Part shown: piece after piece, positions 27,440-37,129 of the stretch | Position numbering within the stretch: position 1 is the stretch's first letter | Layout: every line of letters starts with the position of its first letter | Source: a virus | Lineage: Duplodnaviria > Caudoviricetes | Virus record (IMG/VR): IMGVR_UViG_3300043036_000110 | Coordinates: 1 to 37,283 of that record | Direction: 5' to 3' (one strand) | DNA: 37,283 nt | Translations under genes and position numbers: made by a program | Notes under the pieces: model-generated | Databases searched by the model: none | Told to the model about the DNA's origin: nothing | Seen by the model: only the letters and a program-made list of their open reading frames with translations

Positions 27440-30400
27440 ATGCATCCACTTATTGAATCATCTATTGCAGAAATAGATAAAGAACGGGAAGAATTATCCC
27501 CTAAGTCAGCCGTAACAACTAACGGTAAGAATCCTACAACGCCTCGTTGGTCAGACCCTGATACAATGAACAACATGCGTATCCGTGGGATGAACGCACC
27601 TGAAGTAGGTCATATCCGTAAGGGTATATTTGTTCCGGGTGCATACCAAGGTATCTCAGAATTTGGGCCTAAAGCAGCGGAGATTGCTGGCTTTTCTGAT
27701 GTACGTCCTGCGGGTAAGGATCCAAGTTATCCTACCCGACAGATTGGTGATTTAGTAAACCCTCGTACACAAGAAGTGTATGGGGACTTTGCTACTAAGA
27801 CTGGCTTGTCTGAGCCAACTCCTTTTTCCTCACCCGAAGTAATGTCGTCTCGTAGAGCTATTAATGCTTTCTCTTCAATGTATCCTGAAGAGTCTAAGCA
27901 AGACCCTGTACTCGCTAAGGTACAAGATGCTCGTAAGGTAGAAGAGCAGTTGCTACGTCAACAAAGAACTCCTCAATACATTCCTAAGATTAACGTAGGT
28001 AGTGAAGCTGAGTATGCTCAGTTTAAAAGCAGCGTTGGAGTAGGCGCACAGGCTCGTATTGAAAAAGAAATTGCTTTACTTGAAAAAGATTTAGCAGAAG
28101 GTAAATACCCTTTTGATGTTAGACCCCAGAAGGAAAAAGAATTAAATGATGCCCGACAATCTTTAATGGTTGCTGGTATGACACCTGATATTGTGGGTGG
28201 TGTATGGTCTCGTGCAGACGATCGTACTATTATGAACGAAGCGTACAACCAAAAGACTACTGCCTTAAAGAACGCAGGACTAGAAGTTCTGAAAGGTCTT
28301 GGTGGTATTGATCAAATGGCTGGTGAAGCTATGCAGTGGGATTGGCTAACCAAACGTGCTGCTCTTGGTGTTGAACGCATTAAGTTAGATCAAGCCGCCT
28401 TACCTACTACGTTATCGTCTTACCGTGATATTCGTACACATCAAGGTGCTTTAACTACGGCTAGCGATACAGCTACTTATGTTGGTAACTTGTTTGCAGG
28501 TACACTACCACAAATGGCTGTTACAGTAGCAGCTACTATTGCAACAGGTGGTGCTGGCTTATTGGCTGGTGCTATTTCTACATTACCTGCATCTGCTTTA
28601 TATGCGGGTCAATACTATGCTGACCAACCTGACGACAAAAAGAACGCTTCATTAGCTATCTTTACAGGCTTAGGCTCTGGTGCTGCTGACCGTATTGGTA
28701 TGGGTACTTTATTAGGTGGTAAGAATATCCTTACTCGTGAAGGTAAGGAAGCTGCTATTACTGCGTTAATGAAGCCCGATGTGAATAACATTACTCGTGC
28801 TGCAACTCGCGCAGAAGCCGTGGCTATTATTGATAACGCTACTAAGGCAGAGATTCTTTCTTTTGTAGGTACAGGTAAAGAGTTTGCTAAACAGCAAGCA
28901 TTTTCTCCTGAAGCGTTCTTACGTAACACTGGTGCAGGTGTAGGTAAGATGGCTGTTGAAGGTGGTACTGAAGGTCTCCAACAATACTTACAAATGGCAG
29001 GTCAGTCTGGTGAATGGAACCGTAACTTTGAATACCAAAGAGGTTTTAAAGATCAGTTGATTGATGCTGTAGTTGGTGGTGCTGTAATGGGTCACACCAT
29101 GCATGTGCCCGGTCAATTCATGGACTTTGCTCAGTGGCATTCATTGTATGATGACAAGAAGCTTTATGAGAAATCCTTGGGTGAAGCTCAAATGTTTCAA
29201 GCTGATAATCAGCGGATGAAGCAACAAGGTGGTGGTTTTGATACTATTCAAGATGTGTCTCGTGCTGTTGTTAATGACAGCCGCTACGATACTAAGCTAG
29301 ATATGAATACTATACCTACCCATAAGGGCTTCTTCAATGGAATGAAAGAAATTATTTCAGATCCAGGTCGTACGCTAAGACAACTAGGTCATACAACAGT
29401 AGCTTCTATTGTTAACGAAGATGGTACCTTTAAACGTAACTTGGCGTATGTCAAGGCAATTATGGGTGGCTATGGTATTTTACCGGGCGACCATGCACAG
29501 GGCTTTGAACAACGTACTCTAGGTAAATGGGCTACTGACTCTAAAGACGCGCTCGCAGCTAAGATGAATATTGCTACTTCAGACGTTGATCACTTAGTAA
29601 AATCTGCTTGGCAAAACTACTGGTCACAAGGTCAGAAGTTACCTAAAGATATTAACCCAGAGCTACAGCTTTGGAAAGATGAGATGGATAAAACTCATGC
29701 ATTGATTGTTAAAGAGATGCGTGCAGCTGGTATCCCAGTTGGTCACTTAGCCGATGAGAATGCTTTGTTTAATCAATACAAAGTTGACCCAATGAAGATT
29801 GTGGCTAACAGAGATCAGATTATCGATGAGGTTATGAATAGCTCTGTTGATCCAAGCACTGGTGAGGTCATGGCTGATCGTGATGAAGTTACAAAAGCAG
29901 TTAATAACCTGCTATCAACTAACAAACAGAAGGCTTCTAACGCTAAAGATTATTTAAATAAGTTTAACTTGTTTAGTAACCCTAACTTGTCTCATGTGTT
30001 TGAGCCTAGTATTCTAGACTCTATTAATCACATGAAAGAAAGTCTAGCTCGTAAGCTTGCTCTTAAAACCTTTGTGGGTGAGAATGGTGAAGTGTTAGCT
30101 AGGCTTTTAGACATGGCTTATAAGTCAGGTGAGTTTGGAACCGTTGGTTCTGATCACGCTCAAGAGGCATTCAAGGACACTGCAACAGAAGCTAAACGGT
30201 GGTATGACTTAATGAACGGTACTTATGGTACTGAGTTCAGAGATAACTATCCCAAATTAGACACTGCAGCTACTTGGTTAAACACTGCACTCATGCTTTC
30301 TTCTTTATCTAAGGCAGCTATTTCTTCTCAGACAGAAGCAACACTAGCCACTGCTGGTACTCCTGCTGCTAAAGTCCCTGAGCAATTAGGGAATTACTTT

Positions 30401-31636
30401 AAAGAATTCAAAGCAGAGATTGGTTCAGACTTGAATAGATTCAGCGCCTTTAGTGCTTCAATGTTAGGTATCAGTCGTATGCGTATGATTCCTGATGTTA
30501 AGCTTCAAAACAAACTGAATGCCATGAACAAAGAGTTAGAGCGACAGGATATCTCTGATAAAGAGTTCTTCGAGATAGCTGATGAAGTTGAAGCGTTAAC
30601 CAAACGATTAACTAACCGTGGCTTGTTCCATAGATTAGGTTTTAGTGAAGTTGGCTTTGATGCTGCAGCTAAGTTTGAATACTCTAGCACTACTGTTCTT
30701 CGTAAAGTAATGGAAGTATACGCTTCAGCTATTGCTCTTCGTGCTCAGACAGATGCTAACCGTATGGCTATTCTTTCTGTTGGTGCGGATATCTTATCAA
30801 ACCACCTAGCAGTGTTATCTACTGTACCACCTGAGAAACGTATTTCTGCGTTTAGTTCAGGTAGAGGTTTAAGTAAAGAACAAGCTTATGGCTTGATGGA
30901 GCTTCAAAAGTACGGTCTAGATGTTTATAACGCCTTGACTATCTTGGATAGTTTCCCGGGTGAGAATTTGTTTAGTGATACTAGATTAGAGTCAGAAGAA
31001 ACAGGTAAGTTCCAAGATCAGCTGTTCACAGCATTAGGTAACTTTGTTGATTCACGCGCTGTTAACCCTCAATTCCATAACACTCCTGTATACTTTAACG
31101 ACCCTCGCTTGAAGGTGTTAACCGTAATGGGTAAGTTCATGGCAACAGCTCATGCAGTCTTGTTACCAAGATTGTATCGCGATTACATTGTTAATGGTGG
31201 AGCGAGCATGAGGTACCAAGCGTTCTCAGCAATGGGTATGACTATCTTAGCTGGCTTCTTACTCAACATGCTTAAAGATCAAGTGTCTTATGGTGACGAT
31301 AGCCCTTATGTTAAATCTAAACTCAAGAAGACTCAACGGGCTTTAAATAGTTCTGGCTTATTAGGTAGATATGAAACAGTCTTGAATACCATTTCACCAG
31401 TAATCCCAGTCAATGGACCTGCCTTTAAGGACAGTCCCGGTGGTTGGGCATGGGACAAAGTAACAAACGTAGCGCCTTCTATTGCTTGGGCTGACCGAGC
31501 TGGCTCAGGTATAGCTAACATTGCAACAGGTAACACTGAAAAAGGTGTTAAACAATTAGTAAGATCAGCACCGCTTGTCGGTAGCTTCCCAATTGCAGCA
31601 AGCACTATTGCTTCTGCTTTTAAACAAGAAAGGTAA
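27440..31636 (+). CDS. Large ejection protein (1398 aa) with a possible N-terminal SNase-like domain
   Basis: GGAGG SD; Gly/Ala-rich hydrophobic segments; DPDT..RIRGMNAPE motif. Confidence 0.7.
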   Translation: MHPLIESSIAEIDKEREELSPKSAVTTNGKNPTTPRWSDPDTMNNMRIRGMNAPEVGHIRKGIFVPGAYQGISEFGPKAAEIAGFSDVRPAGKDPSYPTRQIGDLVNPRTQEVYGDFATKTGLSEPTPFSSPEVMSSRRAINAFSSMYPEESKQDPVLAKVQDARKVEEQLLRQQRTPQYIPKINVGSEAEYAQFKSSVGVGAQARIEKEIALLEKDLAEGKYPFDVRPQKEKELNDARQSLMVAGMTPDIVGGVWSRADDRTIMNEAYNQKTTALKNAGLEVLKGLGGIDQMAGEAMQWDWLTKRAALGVERIKLDQAALPTTLSSYRDIRTHQGALTTASDTATYVGNLFAGTLPQMAVTVAATIATGGAGLLAGAISTLPASALYAGQYYADQPDDKKNASLAIFTGLGSGAADRIGMGTLLGGKNILTREGKEAAITALMKPDVNNITRAATRAEAVAIIDNATKAEILSFVGTGKEFAKQQAFSPEAFLRNTGAGVGKMAVEGGTEGLQQYLQMAGQSGEWNRNFEYQRGFKDQLIDAVVGGAVMGHTMHVPGQFMDFAQWHSLYDDKKLYEKSLGEAQMFQADNQRMKQQGGGFDTIQDVSRAVVNDSRYDTKLDMNTIPTHKGFFNGMKEIISDPGRTLRQLGHTTVASIVNEDGTFKRNLAYVKAIMGGYGILPGDHAQGFEQRTLGKWATDSKDALAAKMNIATSDVDHLVKSAWQNYWSQGQKLPKDINPELQLWKDEMDKTHALIVKEMRAAGIPVGHLADENALFNQYKVDPMKIVANRDQIIDEVMNSSVDPSTGEVMADRDEVTKAVNNLLSTNKQKASNAKDYLNKFNLFSNPNLSHVFEPSILDSINHMKESLARKLALKTFVGENGEVLARLLDMAYKSGEFGTVGSDHAQEAFKDTATEAKRWYDLMNGTYGTEFRDNYPKLDTAATWLNTALMLSSLSKAAISSQTEATLATAGTPAAKVPEQLGNYFKEFKAEIGSDLNRFSAFSASMLGISRMRMIPDVKLQNKLNAMNKELERQDISDKEFFEIADEVEALTKRLTNRGLFHRLGFSEVGFDAAAKFEYSSTTVLRKVMEVYASAIALRAQTDANRMAILSVGADILSNHLAVLSTVPPEKRISAFSSGRGLSKEQAYGLMELQKYGLDVYNALTILDSFPGENLFSDTRLESEETGKFQDQLFTALGNFVDSRAVNPQFHNTPVYFNDPRLKVLTVMGKFMATAHAVLLPRLYRDYIVNGGASMRYQAFSAMGMTILAGFLLNMLKDQVSYGDDSPYVKSKLKKTQRALNSSGLLGRYETVLNTISPVIPVNGPAFKDSPGGWAWDKVTNVAPSIAWADRAGSGIANIATGNTEKGVKQLVRSAPLVGSFPIAASTIASAFKQER

Positions 31637-31638
31637 TA

Positions 31639-34600
31639 ATGGCAATCACTACTAATACAAATAGTACTGGTAGAGGCTTTAGTGGTGTGCCCCGAGCGGC
31701 ACAATCACTAGATGCTCTCCTCCAACAATCGAGCGACAAGTTCGGTGGAACTCCACCTCCTGTTGTTCCTGCCGCACAAGCCGTACCTGAAGGTGTTGGT
31801 CTCTATTCCCCTCAAAGAGTAGATGTACCTCCACTACCTTCAACGGGTATTACTGGTGCGATTGAAGCTCCAACAATTACTGCTGAGTCTCCTGTTGAAG
31901 ACTTAGCTCAGGCTTCACAATCATCACTTGCTGCGCGTCCTCGTTCTGAACCTGTCTTGGGTCCAGATGGCATGCCTGTGTTTGATGAAGCTACTGGTCA
32001 ATACGCTACTAAGCCTATTACAATGGATCAATACGGTCAACAGCAACAAGAAGACTTGAGAGCTGTTCCTGATTTTACAGAAGCTTTTACTAATACAGAT
32101 GATCCATACCAGTTCTCTAAGAAAGTTTTAGAAGCACAAAACAAGGTTACACCAACATTTGATGATAGCCAAATTAAATCATGGGCGAACAATGCTGCAG
32201 ATGCCTTGAATAATGTGTCTGTAGTTACAGAAGACGCATTGTTCAATGTAGGCAGCACCCGAGGTATCTCAAGCATGGCACCTGGCTTTGAAGGTGTTCC
32301 AGTAGGTCTTAAGGTACTCCATGATGAAGGCATCCCAATGGAATATGCTGCGCCGTTATCTACTTTGTTAGGTGTGGCACACGCATTATCTGCTGGTCAA
32401 ACAATGTCTTACAACAACAAAGACGTAAGAACATCTAGTAGTGATCCTCGTTTTGATGGTGAAACAGCTCGTGAAGAAGACTTAATCAACTCTGTGTTAC
32501 ACTACTTTAGTAACTCGTTAGATAAGACGGGTTATAAGATGTCTCCTGAGAGTGTTAGATCACTTGCAGAAGCTAAAGTTAAATCAGCTATCTATCGTGG
32601 TGAACACAAAGCAATTAAGGATAAGAACGGTCGTTGGGCTTATGCCTCAAATGATCGTCTTAAGTCTGATGCTCGTGACTTGAAGTACTTAACTGAAGCT
32701 TTGGCTGGTGACATGGGCAGATCCCCTCCTGCCAAGGTACCTCGTATTGCTGGTGGAACTTTTATTAGACCCGGTTCTCAGAAGAGTCGTAACTCTATGT
32801 CTGTTCCCGGTTCAACTGAGACTGTAGCAGAGGTTGTTAAGGATATGTTTGGTTCTATTGCAGAGTTCTTTGAACCTACTGCAGTAATTTCTACTACTAA
32901 ACAGCTTAAAGATATTCAAGCTAAAATGGTGGATGACGAAACTGGTTACTACTCAACTAGTAAGTTTGCTAAACGTCATAAGGTAGATCATTCATCTTAC
33001 AAAAAGCTGATGGATAGAGTGCAGCCTCCACGGGATTATAAAGGTACTGATACTGACAAGTCTAATTTAGCTGCAGCTAAACGCAAGCATGCTCGTGAAG
33101 AGATTGATCAGAAGCTTCATATGCTAGAGTACGATCTAGGGAACGCTAAGAGTATGCAAGGTATGTTGTATACAGGATATATTCATTCGTTAACTAACCA
33201 ACGATTCTTCCGTAACAGCCTAGGCACTGATATCTTAGCCTCTAAGGGCGGCGTACGTGAGATGCTTAACTTCGGATTGCAAGCAATGGTTCAACCGTTT
33301 GCTTTGTTTGGTGAAGGTTCTGCGGATACTATTCGTAACCTACAACAACGTGCAACTCCTATCTTCAAAGCAAAAGGTGTGGCTCGTCAAAAGGCTTTAC
33401 TTGAGATGACACCTTCTGATCGAGCTATGCTTGGTCTTATGGAGTGTGCAGTAATTAACTATTACTCTTTCTCTGGTGACAGCTCAGTACACAACCCATC
33501 TATTACTAAGTTTGGCGAAGTTGATATCATTAATAAATACACACCTGAAATTGGTAATCACTTAGCTTCTTTAGGTCGTGAGTACAATGATTGGTTGATG
33601 GATGATGGTCAGTCTGGTAAAGACTTTTCTAACATTGAAAACCTATTAGCAAAGATGCCACGAGGTGAAGCACAAGGGTTCCAGAACTTATGGAATGATA
33701 TGTATCAGCTTCAAAAGAAAGCTGGTGACCCTGCTGCAAAGAATTCACATCACAGATTAACCGCATTGAATTATGATGACGGTAATCAGAACGGTATTTT
33801 CTTACAAGCTATTTATTCTGGTTCGTCTAAGATTGCTAATCGTTTAGGTTCAGCAACTCCAAACTTAGAAGACATGCGCGGATACGCTTTGAATGACATC
33901 ACTCAGCAATTAGAAGGTCTCTTGAAAGATAGTCCTGATAAGCTTATTGCTTGGAAAAACTTCTTTGCTAAAGCAATGGAAGCGAACCCAGATGATTTGG
34001 CTTCTGATATGTTTAAAGCTGCTCTAATGCAATACGCATATGGTAAAGACGCTTCAATGTTTGGTGATCACTTGATCGACTTCTTTGATGATGATACCTA
34101 CGGTAATATTGCTAGCCAAGAGTTAGTTGGTGTTGATAACGAATACACAGACATTTACGCTGCTGTAAACGACTTGTCTAAAGCACTAGAAAGTACTTTG
34201 AGAAAGGTAGTTGATCCTACATTTGTAAGCATGTTAAAACGACTAGGTCGTATGTTTGCTATTATGGATACAGTACCCGTTATCACAGGTACAGCTCAAG
34301 ATAGCTGGATCTTTGGTTCAGTTGATGTGGGCTTCACACCAGATGTAGTTAAAGACTTCATGTGGCAAGCAGAAGATCAAGAAGGTAATTTAGTTCAGAT
34401 GAAGAAGAGGGGTGCAGTAACTACCCCCTACATGACACCAGAGGGTGTTGTTGAATCACCTGAAGCTAAACGCCGATTGAATGCTAGTGCAGCTAAACCA
34501 ACTCAATACTTCTTTAATAAACGAACCGGAGAGTTTGATACATTTGAGAATCCTTTAGGTTCAGCATTGTCTCGTTTGCTAGGCGTTATGCCTATTCAAT

Positions 34601-35250
34601 CGACTGACGGTGACTTACTAAAGCTTATGATGCTGGCTGTTAACTCAGGTAGAAGTATCCCATTACCTGTAGCGACTGTTCACGACTCATTGATTACTTC
34701 AATGGATAGTATGCATCTTTACCGTAATGCTTATAACAATATAGCTATCCCGCAAGCTGTACCTGAGATCAAGAAGTTTGCTAATCGCCTACAAGACGCT
34801 TATAAGCAAGCTCGCTCAGATATGTTAGCTAAAACAAAATTAGATAATTATATTGGCATTGGTGCAGAAGGTGACTTCCCTTCTCTTGGCGCTCTCTTTG
34901 ATGAGCTACAGAAGAAGATCACAGGTGAAAGCTACAAACAACATTACATTAAGAGTTACTGTAAACCCGGCGATACAAAGCCTTGGGAGAACTACGTAGC
35001 GAAGATTCAAGAGACTTTGAATGAAGCTAAGAAACACGGTTGGAGATACGATTCCCCAATGATTGCCGTTAAAGGTGATCAGTTTGAAAAGCTATTTAAG
35101 ATCGCTGAGTCTCATTTGTCTGTTGGTGGAGCTGATAATAAGTTTGATGCATGGGCAAAAGATTTCCCTCATCAAGTTCAAATTGGCTTTGACGATTTTA
35201 TGGCTAACAATAACGTGCGTAAGCATGGTATCTACCAAATGAACCATTAA
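31639..35250 (+). CDS. Single-subunit (T7/N4-family) DNA-directed RNA polymerase, probably virion-packaged
   Basis: Motif A YDDGNQNG, motif B K-x7-YG (KAALMQYAYG), PIQSTDG and motif C TVHDSL, in the correct order. Confidence 0.85.
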   Translation: MAITTNTNSTGRGFSGVPRAAQSLDALLQQSSDKFGGTPPPVVPAAQAVPEGVGLYSPQRVDVPPLPSTGITGAIEAPTITAESPVEDLAQASQSSLAARPRSEPVLGPDGMPVFDEATGQYATKPITMDQYGQQQQEDLRAVPDFTEAFTNTDDPYQFSKKVLEAQNKVTPTFDDSQIKSWANNAADALNNVSVVTEDALFNVGSTRGISSMAPGFEGVPVGLKVLHDEGIPMEYAAPLSTLLGVAHALSAGQTMSYNNKDVRTSSSDPRFDGETAREEDLINSVLHYFSNSLDKTGYKMSPESVRSLAEAKVKSAIYRGEHKAIKDKNGRWAYASNDRLKSDARDLKYLTEALAGDMGRSPPAKVPRIAGGTFIRPGSQKSRNSMSVPGSTETVAEVVKDMFGSIAEFFEPTAVISTTKQLKDIQAKMVDDETGYYSTSKFAKRHKVDHSSYKKLMDRVQPPRDYKGTDTDKSNLAAAKRKHAREEIDQKLHMLEYDLGNAKSMQGMLYTGYIHSLTNQRFFRNSLGTDILASKGGVREMLNFGLQAMVQPFALFGEGSADTIRNLQQRATPIFKAKGVARQKALLEMTPSDRAMLGLMECAVINYYSFSGDSSVHNPSITKFGEVDIINKYTPEIGNHLASLGREYNDWLMDDGQSGKDFSNIENLLAKMPRGEAQGFQNLWNDMYQLQKKAGDPAAKNSHHRLTALNYDDGNQNGIFLQAIYSGSSKIANRLGSATPNLEDMRGYALNDITQQLEGLLKDSPDKLIAWKNFFAKAMEANPDDLASDMFKAALMQYAYGKDASMFGDHLIDFFDDDTYGNIASQELVGVDNEYTDIYAAVNDLSKALESTLRKVVDPTFVSMLKRLGRMFAIMDTVPVITGTAQDSWIFGSVDVGFTPDVVKDFMWQAEDQEGNLVQMKKRGAVTTPYMTPEGVVESPEAKRRLNASAAKPTQYFFNKRTGEFDTFENPLGSALSRLLGVMPIQSTDGDLLKLMMLAVNSGRSIPLPVATVHDSLITSMDSMHLYRNAYNNIAIPQAVPEIKKFANRLQDAYKQARSDMLAKTKLDNYIGIGAEGDFPSLGALFDELQKKITGESYKQHYIKSYCKPGDTKPWENYVAKIQETLNEAKKHGWRYDSPMIAVKGDQFEKLFKIAESHLSVGGADNKFDAWAKDFPHQVQIGFDDFMANNNVRKHGIYQMNH

Positions 35251-35256
35251 ACAAAT

Positions 35257-35301
35257 AAAAAACCCCTACTAGGATTATTCCTAATAGGGGTTATTTTTTT
35301 T
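35257..35301. terminator. Bidirectional rho-independent terminator
   Basis: A-tract, ACCCCTACTAGGA-TTAT-TCCTAATAGGGGT, T-tract; lies between convergent genes. Confidence 0.9.
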
Positions 35302-35572
35302 ATTTATGGCGTTTAGCCATTAGTTGTTGTACTTGTTTACGAGCATCATTGGCAGCTTTATCAGCTTGCTTTTGAGCTACGTCTTCAGGTAGGCCACGTT
35401 CAATGTAGCCTTTGTAGTTCTGTTCATGCATCTTTTTAATTGCTGCATCGTTAATCTGCGGAGTACCTGCTAAGGTAGGGTCTAAACCTAATTTGCTACA
35501 TACATCCATATCAGATGTAGTAGGGTCGCCACTCAAAGCGAAGATATTATAGTTGGTGTAAGGGGTACTCAT
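35300..35572 (-). CDS. Hypothetical protein (90 aa)
   Basis: 4-nt overlap with dps; ends at the terminator. Confidence 0.7.
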   Translation of the reverse strand: MSTPYTNYNIFALSGDPTTSDMDVCSKLGLDPTLAGTPQINDAAIKKMHEQNYKGYIERGLPEDVAQKQADKAANDARKQVQQLMAKRHK

Positions 35573-36033
35573 TTAAAACTCTTTCCTACAGTTGCTTTTA
35601 GTTTCCAACGTAGCTTGGAAAGGTCTTTTAGGTAATCACCTACAAGAGTTTCTAAACCACCATAACAGCATTCACCAGAAGCTTCGTATAGCCATTGACC
35701 ATTGCGGGTTAATAATTCAAAGTCTTCTAGTAAATTTTCAATCATGCTGCTGCTAGACATTGTTGCAGAGGCTGCTTCTGTTACTTCTGAAATACCAAGG
35801 ATAGCTTTCAAAGATGAAGGAGCTGGCTTATCTAACTGACGTAGCTGTTCACCAAACATATCGTGGTACTCGTATAGGAAGTCGTATACTTCACCTAATA
35901 GAGCATGGTCTTGGGCAAATGTTGGACCTTCTACATTGAAGTGAAAGCCATGAGCCTTATAATACACTACAAAGTTATCAGCGAACAAGCATCGAAGTGC
36001 GGATACTAAGGTATCCTTATTTTTTGTCGTCAT
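35569..36033 (-). CDS. dps: Dps / ferritin-like protein
   Basis: YKAHGFHFNVEGPTFAQDH...Y....DMFGEQLRQL ferroxidase-centre pattern; KLRWKLKA end. Confidence 0.85.
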   Translation of the reverse strand: MTTKNKDTLVSALRCLFADNFVVYYKAHGFHFNVEGPTFAQDHALLGEVYDFLYEYHDMFGEQLRQLDKPAPSSLKAILGISEVTEAASATMSSSSMIENLLEDFELLTRNGQWLYEASGECCYGGLETLVGDYLKDLSKLRWKLKATVGKSFK

Positions 36034-36205
36034 TGTTGTTTCCTTTTATTAATGCAGTGTCAACCGCATGTGCGTATTCTTTAACCTTGTCATTGAATAC
36101 ATGTTCAGCTAGCGTTTCTGCAGGTTTCTTTGGACTCCAAATGGCATCCCAATTACTGCGTACTTTCTCAGCATCTTCGTTACGGCGTCCTGAGCCTTTA
36201 CCCAT
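36017..36205 (-). CDS. Hypothetical protein (62 aa)
   Basis: AGGAG SD; MGKGSGRR...NWDAIW start. Confidence 0.7.
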   Translation of the reverse strand: MGKGSGRRNEDAEKVRSNWDAIWSPKKPAETLAEHVFNDKVKEYAHAVDTALIKGNNNDDKK

Positions 36206-36208
36206 ATA

Positions 36209-36298
36209 TTAATTCTCCTGATTGAATGTATCCCATGATGACTCATACAATGGGTCATAGGGTAAATTTAATTCGTAGTCTTCAATGATATCATCCAT
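36209..36298 (-). CDS. Small acidic peptide (29 aa, MDDIIEDYELNLPYDPLYESSWDTFNQEN)
   Basis: Manual translation; AAGGA SD abuts the tRNA-Arg CCA end. Confidence 0.4.
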   Translation of the reverse strand: MDDIIEDYELNLPYDPLYESSWDTFNQEN

Positions 36299-36309
36299 AC
36301 TTGTGTCCT

Positions 36310-36385
36310 TGGTGAGTCATAGTGGATTCAAACCACTGACCAACGGTGTAGAAGACCGATGCTCTATTCACTGAGCTAATGACTC
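36310..36385 (-). tRNA. tRNA-Arg(TCT)
   Basis: Cloverleaf; anticodon loop CT-TCT-AC; encoded CCA. Confidence 0.9.
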
Positions 36386-36393
36386 GTTGTTAG

Positions 36394-36483
36394 TGGAGGA
36401 GACGGTGAGATTCGAACTCACGGAGCCTGTTAGGACTCATCTGGGTTCAAGCCAGATACATTAAACCACTCTGACACGTCTCC
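36394..36483 (-). tRNA. tRNA-Ser(TGA)
   Basis: Long variable arm; loop CT-TGA-AC; TTCGAAT T-loop; CCA. Confidence 0.9.
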
Positions 36484-36488
36484 GTTAT

Positions 36489-36563
36489 TGGGCAGAAAGA
36501 CGGGTTACGCTCCCTGTCTACCTGTTTCACAGACAGGTGTGCTGCTATTACACTATCTACTGC
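36489..36563 (-). tRNA. tRNA-His(GTG), atypical or degenerate
   Basis: CCTGT-CT-GTG-AA-ACAGG anticodon arm; G-1/C73; CCA; non-canonical T-loop. Confidence 0.7.
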
Positions 36564-36574
36564 ATATTACTTAC

Positions 36575-36648
36575 TGGCACAGCGTGAAGGAATCAAACCT
36601 CCGTTAGCGGATTTGGAATCCACAGTCCTGTCACTGAACGAACGCCGC
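36575..36648 (-). tRNA. tRNA-Trp(CCA)
   Basis: GTGGA-TT-CCA-AA-TCCGC anticodon arm; CCA end. Confidence 0.85.
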
Positions 36649-36652
36649 GTAT

Positions 36653-36730
36653 TGGTCTGTGTGGATGGATTTGAACCACCGATTTCCTGCTTCCAAGGCA
36701 GGTAGATTAACCAGACTTTCTCACACACAG
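36653..36730 (-). tRNA. tRNA-Pro(TGG)
   Basis: CCTGC-CT-TGG-AA-GCAGG anticodon arm; CCA end. Confidence 0.9.
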
Positions 36731-36737
36731 TTTGTTT

Positions 36738-36822
36738 TGGTGGATCCTCTAGGAGTCGAACCTAGTTGCCATAAGGCCACAGATTTACAGTCTGCTGCAG
36801 TCGCCAATGCTGCTCAGAATCC
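36738..36822 (-). tRNA. tRNA-Tyr(GTA)
   Basis: GCAGA-CT-GTA-AA-TCTGT; long variable arm; CCA end. Confidence 0.9.
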
Positions 36823-36823
36823 T

Positions 36824-37129
36824 TTATTTGTTTTGTCTATTCAAAGATCCTGCAGAATAATTGCAGGACGTATGACTAAAAGCTATATTGTTTAAATCAA
36901 AGTATAAGCCAACAGGGTCATCTGAATGTAGCCATGATTGCTTGTGTTCAATAGATAAATCTTTTATATCTGTAATCTCCAGACCACAATGATGACATAA
37001 ATTATTATCGGTTTTCTTGACTAAATCAAACATGATTTGTTTAACTAATCTATTTCTAGCAGTACCTAATGGCATTCCTAGTTGTTCTACTTTTACCTTG
37101 TCAATATTTCTATATTTAAAATCACCCAT
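36824..37129 (-). CDS. HNH endonuclease (101 aa) inside the tRNA cluster
   Basis: ATG at 37129 behind GGAGG; CHHCG...LSIEHK...NIAFSHTSCN pattern. Confidence 0.8.
   Translation of the reverse strand: MGDFKYRNIDKVKVEQLGMPLGTARNRLVKQIMFDLVKKTDNNLCHHCGLEITDIKDLSIEHKQSWLHSDDPVGLYFDLNNIAFSHTSCNYSAGSLNRQNK

Noticed and set aside
2484-32333. Numerous antisense and alternate-frame ORFs inside the large structural genes
   Set aside because: Shadow ORFs caused by codon bias, with no motifs; Rz1 is the one supported exception.
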